Source: Patescibacteria group bacterium (GTDB lineage Bacteria > Patescibacteriota > Saccharimonadia > Saccharimonadales > JANWIN01). From it: a stretch of 64,000 nucleotides of DNA. The DNA is taken from assembly GCA_035480855.1 (NCBI GenBank), contig DATIHJ010000013.1, positions 45,659-109,658 of the forward strand. The letters run 5' to 3'. Of this stretch, positions 8,564 through 17,729 are shown piece after piece; position 1 is the first letter of the stretch; each line of letters begins with the position of its first letter. Position numbers and translations under genes: made by a program. The notes under the pieces were generated by a model that saw only the letters and a program-made list of their open reading frames with translations, was not told the DNA's origin and searched no databases.

Positions 8564-9504
8564 GACTGTTTACTTGTGACAAAATCGGCTATGGTTTGCT
8601 CTAGTGGTATTTCTGGATGCCAATTTGTGTCACGTACAAGTAGCGTATTGTCACCAATAAGTTCTTTTGGATCATTTGGGCGCACCAGCTTGGGATCAGT
8701 TTTGATTTCTACTTTGTCTGATCCTGGCACATGCTTTTTTAGTTCGTGCAATATATCTTCTCCGCTTCGAGACACGCCGCTACATACGTTATATATGGGG
8801 CTGCCCAGGGAGCTAATATCCGATAGCGCAAGCAATGAATAAGCCCTTGCTACATCACGAACATCTGTATAATCACGGCGCGTAGTCAGATTTCCTACTT
8901 CAATAGATGTACCGTCTTGGACAGCTTGAAGTAGTTTTTGGTATAAATCTGGAACTATAAAGCCTTGTTTTTGGCCGGGCCCAACATGGTTGAATGGCCG
9001 GGCTACGATACACTGCGGCAATCCATTTTTTCTAAATTTTTCAGTAACTTTCTCCATGGCTATCTTGCTCTTAGAGTATGGAGATCCTTCTTTGACCAAA
9101 CTAGATGATTCTTTTAAAGGCATGGGCTGGTTGCTTTCATAAATTGCGCCACTACTTATGACTATAACGCGAGGAGAAAGCCGCTGCTTAACCAACTGAT
9201 CACATAAATTACTTATAACAGAAACATTAATGTGCATAAAAAGCTCTGGCTCTTGGAAAGACATTCCCATTTGCGCTAACCCTGCCAGATTAATAATTGC
9301 ATCGTATGGTGCTAAATTTAATTTTGCTACTTGGTCGCTGTCACTAAGATCACATGAGAATGTATTTTCTAAGAGTCCACTTATATCTTCTGAAACGGTT
9401 CCCTTATATGTAATACCGCTAACGCTGCAGCCAAGCTTATCTAAAGTACGTGTAACGTGACCACCTACGAACCCATTTATGCCCGTTACTAGTACATGAT
9501 GCAT
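8560..9504 (-). CDS. rmd: GDP-4-dehydro-6-deoxy-D-mannose reductase (Rmd-like; GDP-D-rhamnose or GDP-6-deoxy-D-talose synthase)
   Basis: VLVTGINGFVGGHV, SPYSKSKIAME, ARPFNHVGPGQKQGFIVPDL, EVGNLTTRRDYTDVRDVARAY and IYNVCSG match my memory of Pseudomonas Rmd. It is convergent with gmd. The ATG at 9504 is preferred over the TTG at 9510. Confidence 0.75.
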   Translation of the reverse strand: MHHVLVTGINGFVGGHVTRTLDKLGCSVSGITYKGTVSEDISGLLENTFSCDLSDSDQVAKLNLAPYDAIINLAGLAQMGMSFQEPELFMHINVSVISNLCDQLVKQRLSPRVIVISSGAIYESNQPMPLKESSSLVKEGSPYSKSKIAMEKVTEKFRKNGLPQCIVARPFNHVGPGQKQGFIVPDLYQKLLQAVQDGTSIEVGNLTTRRDYTDVRDVARAYSLLALSDISSLGSPIYNVCSGVSRSGEDILHELKKHVPGSDKVEIKTDPKLVRPNDPKELIGDNTLLVRDTNWHPEIPLEQTIADFVTSKQS

Positions 9505-9510
9505 GTCCAA

Positions 9511-9519
9511 ACTATACCA
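9511..9519 (-). promoter_or_regulatory. Extended -10 box TGGTATAGT, 6 nt upstream of the rmd ATG (leaderless-type promoter)
   Basis: The reverse strand reads TGGTATAGT-TTGGAC-ATG, with no SD in between. Confidence 0.45.
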
Positions 9520-9613
9520 GAGTCCAGCCTATATAATCAGCATATGTTGTATTATGAATAGTCCCCTTAGGTAAAAGAGTTCAATAAATTATAATAGGGG
9601 CAGTCACACCATT

Positions 9614-11728
9614 ATGCTCAATCGTATCAAATCCACATCCAAGAAAATTACTCAAAGCACCGGAAAAGTGCTCCGTAAAGCTAAAGGAAGTTCTTTTAGT
9701 AATTTTTATAAAGGCCAATCGCTGCCGGTTGTGATTTATAAAGGCGGACGTTTTGTAGTCAGACATGGTCCGGTAAGCACCTATAAAGTTTTAAGACGGG
9801 AGCTACTTAGTGACGGGATAGTACGTTTTCCAAATGGGCTTGTTAGCGACGTAGATCTAGAGCGCATAAACATATGGTATAGGAAGCACGCCCGAAAGGT
9901 ATCAATTGTTATACCTAGCTACAATGACTATCCTCTTTTGAAAGCTTGCTTGGATAGTATAGCCCAGACTGTTGAAGGGAAATTTTACAATGTCATTGTT
10001 GTCGATGACTATTGCATGGAACCAAACCGCAAACTTTTAAGAGGACTGGAATCAGAAAATGTTGAAGTCATTTATAGAGACAAGAATGGTGGATTTGCGA
10101 AAGCGGTAAATACGGGATTTAAATTAGCAACTAAGAAATATCCAAAGCAAGATATAGTCTTGCTAAATAGCGATACCGTTGCTCATAAAAGCTGGCTTGC
10201 CAGCCTACAACATGGAGCCTATGAGTTTGATAAAAAGGTAGGTATTGTCGGACCAAAGTTGCTTTACCCAGATGGCAGAATTCAGAGCGGAGGGTCCTTT
10301 CGCAACACAGATTTGCCAGAGTGGTTTGACCATTACTATCGCTTTCAGCCATCAGACTATGGTCCGGCAAATGTAGCCCAATACTGCATTGGTGTAACTG
10401 GGGCCTGTTGGTATGTAAAAGCAACTACTATGCGCAAAATAGGATTATTGGATGAAGGTTTTCCATTTGCTTTTGAAGACATGGACTACTGTGTTCGTGC
10501 CTGGGACCAAGGTATAAGAGTGCTTTACTACCCAGCAGCAACTATGACACATGTTGAATCAGCGATCCGCGGTAAAGACAGGCCCATGACTGACAGAGAA
10601 AAAGCCTCACTTCGCTATTTCTGGAAAAAGTGGGGTGCCTGGTTTGATGATCGTAAAGTCACAAATCAAAAAGGTCAGACACGAATTATATATGTCTTAC
10701 AAAGCACAGGTATAAGTGGCGGCATCAGAGTAGTTTTTGAGCACCTTAACCGCTTGCAAGCTAGGGGATATGACACAGAGCTGTGGGCCCTAGACAACGC
10801 ACCTACCTGGATGAAACTTGATGTACCAGTCAAAACTTTTAAGAACTATCAGCAAATGATCAAATCTCTTGAAACAGAGGATGCTATTAAGGTAGCGACC
10901 TGGTGGGAAACTGCCTTGCCCGTCTGGTTGTCATCAGTCAAGCATGGCATTCCAGTATTTGTAGTCCAAGAAATTGAGTCGTCTTTTTATCCCGGTCAGC
11001 CTGAGATTCAAAAATCGGTTGTGTCATGTTACCGGAAAGAATTTAATAATATTACATCGGCTGAGTTCACACTAGATGAAATTAGAGCGCTTGGACTTGA
11101 TGCCAAACTTATCCCCTGTGGTTATGATGACAATGTCTATAAGCAGTTGCCAAATACTAAACATGATTCTGCAACGTTACTAGCGCTGGGTCGAAGCTTT
11201 TTCCAAAAAAACTTTAAACAGATTTTTGAGGCATGGAAATCTATGGGCGCCGACCCTTCTAGCCAACCGCATCTACTATTATTTGGTTCAGAACCACAAA
11301 TAAGTAAATGGGATAAAGCCATCGAATACATCAATCGGCCGACTGACAACGAGGCCAATGAGCTTTATAACCGCGCTACAATATTTGCCCAAACGTCTTA
11401 CCATGAAGGATTTTGCCTTCCTATAATAGAAGCCATGGCCGCAGGCTGCCCCGTAATTTGTACGGATTCAAACGGTAATCGAGGCTTCAGCGATGATGGT
11501 AAAAACTGTATCATGGTAGAGGCAGACGACGTTGCCGGTTTAGCTGCAGCCATCAAGAGAGTTATTGGCGATCCTAAACTTCAAAAAAAACTGATATCTG
11601 CCGGTCTTAAGACAGCACAAAGCTATACGTGGGATAATGTGATCGGCCAATTAGATAGTTTTTATAAAAAAACATCTAAGCAGCCCAAGCAAGAATACAT
11701 GAAGAAAGCCGTTAAAAAATATGTCTAA
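9614..11728 (+). CDS. Bifunctional glycosyltransferase: GT2 domain plus GT4 (GT-B) domain
   Basis: N-terminal half: VSIVIPSYNDYPLLKACLDSI...VVDD...LLNSDT (GT2). C-terminal half: YHEGFCLPIIEAMAAGCPVICTDSNGNRGF (GT4). It lies directly upstream of wzm/wzt. Confidence 0.8.
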   Translation: MLNRIKSTSKKITQSTGKVLRKAKGSSFSNFYKGQSLPVVIYKGGRFVVRHGPVSTYKVLRRELLSDGIVRFPNGLVSDVDLERINIWYRKHARKVSIVIPSYNDYPLLKACLDSIAQTVEGKFYNVIVVDDYCMEPNRKLLRGLESENVEVIYRDKNGGFAKAVNTGFKLATKKYPKQDIVLLNSDTVAHKSWLASLQHGAYEFDKKVGIVGPKLLYPDGRIQSGGSFRNTDLPEWFDHYYRFQPSDYGPANVAQYCIGVTGACWYVKATTMRKIGLLDEGFPFAFEDMDYCVRAWDQGIRVLYYPAATMTHVESAIRGKDRPMTDREKASLRYFWKKWGAWFDDRKVTNQKGQTRIIYVLQSTGISGGIRVVFEHLNRLQARGYDTELWALDNAPTWMKLDVPVKTFKNYQQMIKSLETEDAIKVATWWETALPVWLSSVKHGIPVFVVQEIESSFYPGQPEIQKSVVSCYRKEFNNITSAEFTLDEIRALGLDAKLIPCGYDDNVYKQLPNTKHDSATLLALGRSFFQKNFKQIFEAWKSMGADPSSQPHLLLFGSEPQISKWDKAIEYINRPTDNEANELYNRATIFAQTSYHEGFCLPIIEAMAAGCPVICTDSNGNRGFSDDGKNCIMVEADDVAGLAAAIKRVIGDPKLQKKLISAGLKTAQSYTWDNVIGQLDSFYKKTSKQPKQEYMKKAVKKYV

Positions 11729-12545
11729 CAACTCATTAGTCCAAAAGACAAAAGCCATATTTAGCAAACGCAACCGGTCACTAATCAGTGAGTTAGTACG
11801 TAGTGACTTCAAGCTTCGCTATCAAGGATCAGTTTTAGGGTATCTATGGTCACTGCTCAGGCCACTACTCTTGTTTGGGGTACTATACGTAGTCTTTACT
11901 AAAGTCATAAAGGTTGGCGCGGGCATACCCCATTATCCCGCTTATCTACTGCTTGGTTTAGTTCTGTGGACCTTTTTTGTTGAAGCTACTATGTCAGGAC
12001 TCAACGCAATAACTGGACGCGGCGATATGATACGCAAAGTCAGCATACCAAAATATACAATCGTAATTAGCACCACAGCCTCGGCATTCGTTAACTTCAT
12101 ATTCAATATGATGGTAGTGCTAATTTTTATGGTTCTTGGCCATGTAGCTTTTCGACCGACACTTATTTTTGTACCATTATTTATTGCTGAGCTTGTACTA
12201 TTTAGTATTGGAGTTTCGTTTCTGCTGGCAACCTTATTCGTAAAATATAGGGACTTCAGTCATATATGGGAAGTTACCTTGCAGATTTTGTTCTATGCTA
12301 CTCCTATAATCTATTCGTTGGCGATTGTACCAATACGACTGAGGAAATTTATGAGCCTCAACCCACTTACCCAAATTTTTCAGGACACTCGTTCAGTCAT
12401 GATTACGCCGCAGACTCTTACTACCAAACAAGTATTTGATTCTCAACTTGGCAGAGTATTTCCATTTCTGATAGTTATAGCTGTCCTAGTGCTCGGCAGT
12501 TGGTATTTCCGTCGTAACTCACGTAAATTTGCGGAGGAACTATAA
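11721..12545 (+). CDS. wzm: Polysaccharide ABC exporter permease (ABC-2 type, Wzm/TagG-like)
   Basis: 274 aa with six hydrophobic segments. The N-terminal SELVRSDFKLRYQGSVLGYLWSLLRPLL is the ABC-2 Wzm signature. It is coupled to the following ATPase gene (ATAATG junction). Confidence 0.85.
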   Translation: MSNNSLVQKTKAIFSKRNRSLISELVRSDFKLRYQGSVLGYLWSLLRPLLLFGVLYVVFTKVIKVGAGIPHYPAYLLLGLVLWTFFVEATMSGLNAITGRGDMIRKVSIPKYTIVISTTASAFVNFIFNMMVVLIFMVLGHVAFRPTLIFVPLFIAELVLFSIGVSFLLATLFVKYRDFSHIWEVTLQILFYATPIIYSLAIVPIRLRKFMSLNPLTQIFQDTRSVMITPQTLTTKQVFDSQLGRVFPFLIVIAVLVLGSWYFRRNSRKFAEEL

Positions 12546-13771
12546 TGAGTGAACCTCGAGAAGTAGCTCTTAGAGTCGACGGACTATATAAGGATTTTTT
12601 GCTTCCACACGAGCAAAAGAATTCCATTAAGGAAAAAATATTGCATCCTGGCAAGTCAGGTGTCGAACACTTGCATGCCCTAAAAGATATTAACCTCGAA
12701 GTTAAACGCGGCGAATTTTTTGGGATAGTTGGAAGAAATGGGTCGGGAAAAAGTACGTTACTAAAGATTATTGGCGGTATCTATGAGCCGACCAGGGGCA
12801 AAGTAATAGTTAATGGTACCCTGACCCCATTTATTGAACTTGGAATTGGTTTTAGCCCAAATTTAACTGGGCGCGAAAATGTGTTTCTAAACGGTGCCAT
12901 TCTGGGCCTTAGTCGCAAGGAAGTAAAGAAGCTATACCCTGAAATTGTAGCTTTTGCTGAACTAGAGAGATTCATGGATCAAAAGCTTAAAAATTACTCC
13001 TCTGGAATGCAAGTTCGTTTGGCATTCTCAATAGCCATGCAGGCGCATAACGACATACTACTCATCGATGAGGTTCTAGCTGTTGGCGATGCAAATTTTC
13101 AACGTAAATGTTTCCAAGTCTTCAACGATATCAAAAAAGAGGGCACTAAGACAGTAATTTTTGTAACGCATGACATGGGTGCCGTCCAAAAATTTTGTGA
13201 CCGAGCTATGATGATTCAAGACTCAGAAATATTGAAAGTTGGTAATCCACGCGAAATAGCTTTGTTCTATGAAGTAGCCAACGCCAAAGCTGAAGCCAAG
13301 AGTGCCGGAAGTTCAGCCCGACCAGAAAACCCAGTCGTTAAGCTAAACAGTATGCGCTTCAATGGCGGTACCAAGGATAGCCACAGCATTCATCTCAAGG
13401 ACACCATAGTCATTGATGTTGACTTCACAGTACGAGAGGAAACACCGATCCAAGTCAATCTCTTCCTGGTTACGCCTGATGGTCGATACCTTGCCGGCAT
13501 TAATACCACCAAAGACCTCAAGAAATACACACCCAAACCCGGCAAACACACCATTACCTGCAAGCTCCCAGCTTCTCAACTTACCAAAGGAATGTATCGA
13601 GTCAACGCGGCGCTATATACCTATTCAGAGCTCTATTCCAGTGAAATGCCCGAGTTGATTGATATTCTCGATACGACATATGGCGCTGACACTCCAGAAT
13701 TCAAAATTATGGAGGATGGTCCAAATACTAGCGGTGAATTTAATATGCAGGGCGCATGGTCCGATGAGTAA
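12545..13771 (+). CDS. wzt: Polysaccharide ABC exporter ATP-binding protein (Wzt/TagH-like) with a ~150-aa C-terminal extension
   Basis: Walker A GRNGSGKSTLLK, signature YSSGMQVRLAF and Walker B LLIDEVLAVGD. Residues ~255-408 are an extra beta-rich domain in the position of the Wzt C-terminal glycan-binding domain. Confidence 0.9.
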   Translation: MSEPREVALRVDGLYKDFLLPHEQKNSIKEKILHPGKSGVEHLHALKDINLEVKRGEFFGIVGRNGSGKSTLLKIIGGIYEPTRGKVIVNGTLTPFIELGIGFSPNLTGRENVFLNGAILGLSRKEVKKLYPEIVAFAELERFMDQKLKNYSSGMQVRLAFSIAMQAHNDILLIDEVLAVGDANFQRKCFQVFNDIKKEGTKTVIFVTHDMGAVQKFCDRAMMIQDSEILKVGNPREIALFYEVANAKAEAKSAGSSARPENPVVKLNSMRFNGGTKDSHSIHLKDTIVIDVDFTVREETPIQVNLFLVTPDGRYLAGINTTKDLKKYTPKPGKHTITCKLPASQLTKGMYRVNAALYTYSELYSSEMPELIDILDTTYGADTPEFKIMEDGPNTSGEFNMQGAWSDE

Positions 13772-13775
13772 GTAA

Positions 13776-15053
13776 ATGAAATCGAAGAAAATTGCCAAGC
13801 GCGTAGTTTATCGGTTACCAAAAGTTGGTCCTTATATCATTCGTAAACAGGATGAGTTAGCTGGACTTTATGAGTCCGTTGCCCGACTGGAGCTTCGTAA
13901 TGAACAGTGGGCAGAAGAAGTACGTACACTACGTGGTGATCCAGAGTCGCTGAAGATTGTCTGGCCGGTCCGCAAAAAAGACATTGTAGAGGCTGACTGG
14001 CAAAATCCGGTGAAAGCACCACCGAGGAATGGGCATAAACCCCCTTTTAAAATTACTTGGGTTATACCACCAATGGGACCAGTCTCTGGCGGACATTTGG
14101 ACATCTTTCGAGCGGTTAAATATCTAGAGTCACAGGGCCATCGTTGCCAAGTTCATTTCTACGATCCGCTAGAAACGTCGTCTATGAAGGCTATTCGTGA
14201 GAATCTTCCCAAATATGACCCAATTAAGGCCGAACTATTTTATAACCAGATAGATAACATTGCGGACTGCGACGCGATATTTGCGACCAATTGGCACACT
14301 GCCTACCCAGTATTTAATTACAAAGGGAGTGCCAAAAAATACTACTTCGTGCAAGATTTTGAACCGTATTTTGATCCGGTGGGTAGCTACAGTACATTCG
14401 CCGAGAATACTTATCGTTTTGGTTTTCGAGGTCTGACGCTTGGTCGATGGCTTACTGAGAAACTAAGCACTGAGTACGGCATGAAGTGTGATTACTTTGA
14501 TCAGGGTGTTAATCCAGCGTATTATAATTTGACCAATCCTCGTGGCGCAAGAAAGCGAATTTTATTCTACGCTCGTCCGGTTACGCCCCGACGTGGCTTT
14601 GAACTTGGGGTTTCCGCCCTTGAAATATTTCATAAGGCGCACCCAGACTATGAGATTGTGTTTGTGGGTTGGGATATCACCCCCTATGAAGTTCCTTTCC
14701 CCTACGTGAACAAAAGCATCCTTAACGCTGAGCAGCTGAATAATCTTTATAATAACAGTGCCGCTGGTATGGTTTTGTCCCTGACAAATATGTCATTGCT
14801 TCCGCTCGAAATGATGGCTGCCGGTTGTTCGCCAATTGTAAACGATGCTCCGCAGACTAAACTGGTTCCTTACTCTAAGCATATTCGCTATGCTGCAGCA
14901 CAGCCAAAAACACTCGCCAAAGCCTTGCACGAGGCTGTCAGTGTAGCCTCACCGACCAAACAAGTGAAGGAGCTGGCTACCTACGCCGAAAAATTCCAAT
15001 GGAACGACGCTTTCAAAAAGATTAATGACATCTTGATCGACGAACTGAGCTAA
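13776..15053 (+). CDS. GT-B fold glycosyltransferase, WsaF-like (putative rhamnosyltransferase)
   Basis: ITWVIPPMGPVSGGHLDIFRAVKYLESQGH plus a C-terminal Rossmann-like half with LPLEMMAAGC. The WsaF family resemblance is recalled, not searched. Confidence 0.55.
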   Translation: MKSKKIAKRVVYRLPKVGPYIIRKQDELAGLYESVARLELRNEQWAEEVRTLRGDPESLKIVWPVRKKDIVEADWQNPVKAPPRNGHKPPFKITWVIPPMGPVSGGHLDIFRAVKYLESQGHRCQVHFYDPLETSSMKAIRENLPKYDPIKAELFYNQIDNIADCDAIFATNWHTAYPVFNYKGSAKKYYFVQDFEPYFDPVGSYSTFAENTYRFGFRGLTLGRWLTEKLSTEYGMKCDYFDQGVNPAYYNLTNPRGARKRILFYARPVTPRRGFELGVSALEIFHKAHPDYEIVFVGWDITPYEVPFPYVNKSILNAEQLNNLYNNSAAGMVLSLTNMSLLPLEMMAAGCSPIVNDAPQTKLVPYSKHIRYAAAQPKTLAKALHEAVSVASPTKQVKELATYAEKFQWNDAFKKINDILIDELS

Positions 15054-15098
15054 CTTTGGTTTTGAGCCCAGCACTAGGTTTGCTATCATATTACCCTA

Positions 15099-16403
15099 AT
15101 GACTGAGTATAAAAAGAGTGTTGTTTCGGGGGGGAAGCTTGAGCCCCTTTTTAGTTTAGGGGACCTATATGTTTCTGATTTTTTAAAAGTTGGTGAAGAA
15201 CCCAAAGGTCCCCCTTGTGAGCTTGAACTTGGCTTTGATCCGATCAGCAAAGCTGTACAGCTAACCAAACAACCTGATGCTGATTTGATGTGGGGCAGCA
15301 TGTACTATTATCGTAGCGCGGTTAATCCTTCGATGATGATTGCTCTTGCTGACCTAGCCGACAAGACATGCAAATCAGTCCCCGAGAAAGTAGGCAAGGC
15401 AGTTTATCTAGATATTGCCTCTAATGACGGCTACCTTTTATCTACCGTCGACGCAAGTAAGTATCACCGTGTAGGCATTGATCCCTCTGATTATCCCGAA
15501 GCCATGGAAAACGGCGATGTTATTATCAGAGACTACTTTTCGGCCAAAGCTTTTCGAAAGGCTGGCTTCAAAAAAGCAGATCGCATTAGCTGTGCGGCAT
15601 GTTTCTATGACCTAAATGAGCCCAAGAAGTTTCTAGAAGATGTACATGCAATTATGGCTGACGATGGTCTATTTACCTTGCAGCTTTCGTATACACCTGC
15701 AAATATTATGCAGACAGAAATTGGTGTTATCTGCCATGAGCATCTTTGCTATTACAATCTAACTTCACTCAAATGGCTGCTTGATAGAACTGGTTTTATT
15801 ATTAAAGATGTTGAGTTAAATGATGTAAATGGCGGTTCAATTCGTCTTTATATTCAAAAAGTTGGTGCACCAGATAATTACCTAACTGCTGCTGACCGCG
15901 ATATATGCAAAATTCGCGTAGACTCGCTTTTAGAATGGGAACAAAACAATGGCTTTAACGATAAAAAAGTCTATATGGAATTCTATAAAAGAATTCTAAA
16001 ACTCAAAAAACAAACCAAAAGCTTTATAAAAAATGTTAAATCCGAAGGCAAGACAGTTTGGGGCTATGCTGCCAGTACAAAAGGCAATACACTGCTGCAG
16101 CTATTTGAAATTGATAACAATTTAATTGATGGCATTGCTGAGAAGCAAGCAGTTAAATGGGGTCGCCGTACGATTGGTACAAATATAAATATATACTCCG
16201 AAGATGAAATGCGCGTTGCGCAGCCCGACTACCTGCTTATTTTGCCCTGGTTTTTTAAACAAACCTTCATTGAGCGTGAGCATGAGTATTTGCGTAAGGG
16301 CGGTACTATGATTTTCCCTGCACCTGAATTTTCAACTTACTCGCACAAAGTGACAAAGCCAAAATCAAAGCCTAGACAAAAAGCCACCACAAAAAAGAAA
16401 TAA
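15099..16403 (+). CDS. Class I SAM-dependent methyltransferase with C-terminal C-methyltransferase-type domain (TylCIII/Methyltransf_13-14-like)
   Basis: SAM motif I YLDIASNDGYLL, a later ADDGLFTLQL, and C-terminal VWGYAASTKGNTLLQ typical of the NDP-sugar methyltransferase family. It has a lysine-rich tail. Confidence 0.7.
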   Translation: MTEYKKSVVSGGKLEPLFSLGDLYVSDFLKVGEEPKGPPCELELGFDPISKAVQLTKQPDADLMWGSMYYYRSAVNPSMMIALADLADKTCKSVPEKVGKAVYLDIASNDGYLLSTVDASKYHRVGIDPSDYPEAMENGDVIIRDYFSAKAFRKAGFKKADRISCAACFYDLNEPKKFLEDVHAIMADDGLFTLQLSYTPANIMQTEIGVICHEHLCYYNLTSLKWLLDRTGFIIKDVELNDVNGGSIRLYIQKVGAPDNYLTAADRDICKIRVDSLLEWEQNNGFNDKKVYMEFYKRILKLKKQTKSFIKNVKSEGKTVWGYAASTKGNTLLQLFEIDNNLIDGIAEKQAVKWGRRTIGTNINIYSEDEMRVAQPDYLLILPWFFKQTFIEREHEYLRKGGTMIFPAPEFSTYSHKVTKPKSKPRQKATTKKK

Positions 16404-16410
16404 CTTGGCC

Positions 16411-17148
16411 CTATTTATTAGACGAGGAAAATCTTAACTTTGGCACCAGGGCTAAGTTAAGAAATATAATATTTTTTGAAATCTTTGATTGCCCATGTTG
16501 GCGCCCATACAATGTAATGGGTATTTGCACATAATTTTTAGAGAGCCGCAGAGCTTTATACTTAAGTTCAATAAAGAATCCGTAACCTGCAGAATTCAAA
16601 GAGTTTACATCAATTTTTTTAAGCAGATCTACACTAAAAAGATTTAGTCCATTTGTATAATCTGTAAGCCCACTGCCTAGAAATATTCTGGTGTATATAT
16701 TGCCGCCTCGGCTTAGAATTTTTCTATGCAATCCCCAGCCCTCAATCTTTCCGCCCTTCATGTAGCGCGAAGCAGCAACAAAATCTCTACCTTTTTGCGC
16801 TTCGGCAACTAAGTCTTTTATATATATTGGATTATGTTGCAAATCTGCATCGATTTGAATAATAAAGTCAAAATTCTCCTTCAGCAGAACATTAAAGGCG
16901 TTGATATAGGCTTTGCCTATGCCATCCTTTTTTTTACGGACTAGTATGCGCACAGTAAAATCCTTGGATTTAAGCTTTTGGCCGATATTATCCGCAAGCT
17001 TGGCAGTCCCGTCTGGCGAATTGTCATCAGCTACAAGTAACATAAAATTAACTCCGGGTATTTTTTTACATACTCCAGCAATTTGACTGATCAATTTTTC
17101 AATATTACCAGCCTCATTATAGGTAGGAGTCACTATGGCAACCTGCAT
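16411..17148 (-). CDS. Polyprenol-phosphate mannosyl/glycosyl transferase (Dpm1/Ppm1-like GT2)
   Basis: VAIVTPTYNEAGNIEKLI...LLVADDNSPDGTAKLA...QIDADLQHNP. It is soluble Dpm1-sized (245 aa). Confidence 0.8.
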   Translation of the reverse strand: MQVAIVTPTYNEAGNIEKLISQIAGVCKKIPGVNFMLLVADDNSPDGTAKLADNIGQKLKSKDFTVRILVRKKKDGIGKAYINAFNVLLKENFDFIIQIDADLQHNPIYIKDLVAEAQKGRDFVAASRYMKGGKIEGWGLHRKILSRGGNIYTRIFLGSGLTDYTNGLNLFSVDLLKKIDVNSLNSAGYGFFIELKYKALRLSKNYVQIPITLYGRQHGQSKISKNIIFLNLALVPKLRFSSSNK

Positions 17149-17223
17149 AAATACGTCTCTTTTAGGTTAAAGTCTTGTACAATAGTACCAAGTTATCTAA
17201 ATAAAAGAGAGTTGATTTTACAG

Positions 17224-17721
17224 ATGGTATTAAGTTTTGTTAAGAACTTGTGGGAAAAGCGAATAGTACGCTTTTTGGTGGTTGGCACATTCAATACTTT
17301 CTTAGATATATCACTTCTATTGTTTTTATATGAAGTTGTCGGACTACCAAAAGTTCTAGCAAATACTATCTCTGTGCCAACAGCTATTACAGTATCTTAC
17401 TTTTTGAATCACAGGATTGTTTTTAGGCAGAAACAAGGATACTCGCTGAGCGCCTATCTAAAGTTTTTGGCAATTACTGGCTTCAGTGCAGTTGTTATTC
17501 AAGATGCAGTTATCTTCATTATCACTGATCATTTGCTGCACCCAGGCAATAAAATGATAAGTATAGCTGGAAACAGTATATCCCTTGCGACCGTGGAGCT
17601 AATAGGAGCGAAAATAGTAGGTATAGGAATTGGATTATTCTGGAATTTTGTACTATACAAATACATTGTATTTAACAATGACAACAATCATGATAAAGCT
17701 GACGAAATAATTGTTGCCTAG
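17224..17721 (+). CDS. GtrA-family membrane protein (paralog 2)
   Basis: RFLVVGTFNTFLDISLLLFL...NHRIVF...WNFVLYKYIVF. The ATG at 17224 is used because the track ORF start (17083) overlaps the divergent GT2 gene. Confidence 0.75.
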   Translation: MVLSFVKNLWEKRIVRFLVVGTFNTFLDISLLLFLYEVVGLPKVLANTISVPTAITVSYFLNHRIVFRQKQGYSLSAYLKFLAITGFSAVVIQDAVIFIITDHLLHPGNKMISIAGNSISLATVELIGAKIVGIGIGLFWNFVLYKYIVFNNDNNHDKADEIIVA

Positions 17722-17729
17722 GGTTCGAC

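Noticed and set aside
17083-17223. N-terminal extension of the GtrA paralog 2 ORF given in the track.
   Set aside because: It overlaps the divergent Dpm1-like gene's coding start and has no GtrA similarity. The GtrA-like sequence begins at the ATG at 17224.
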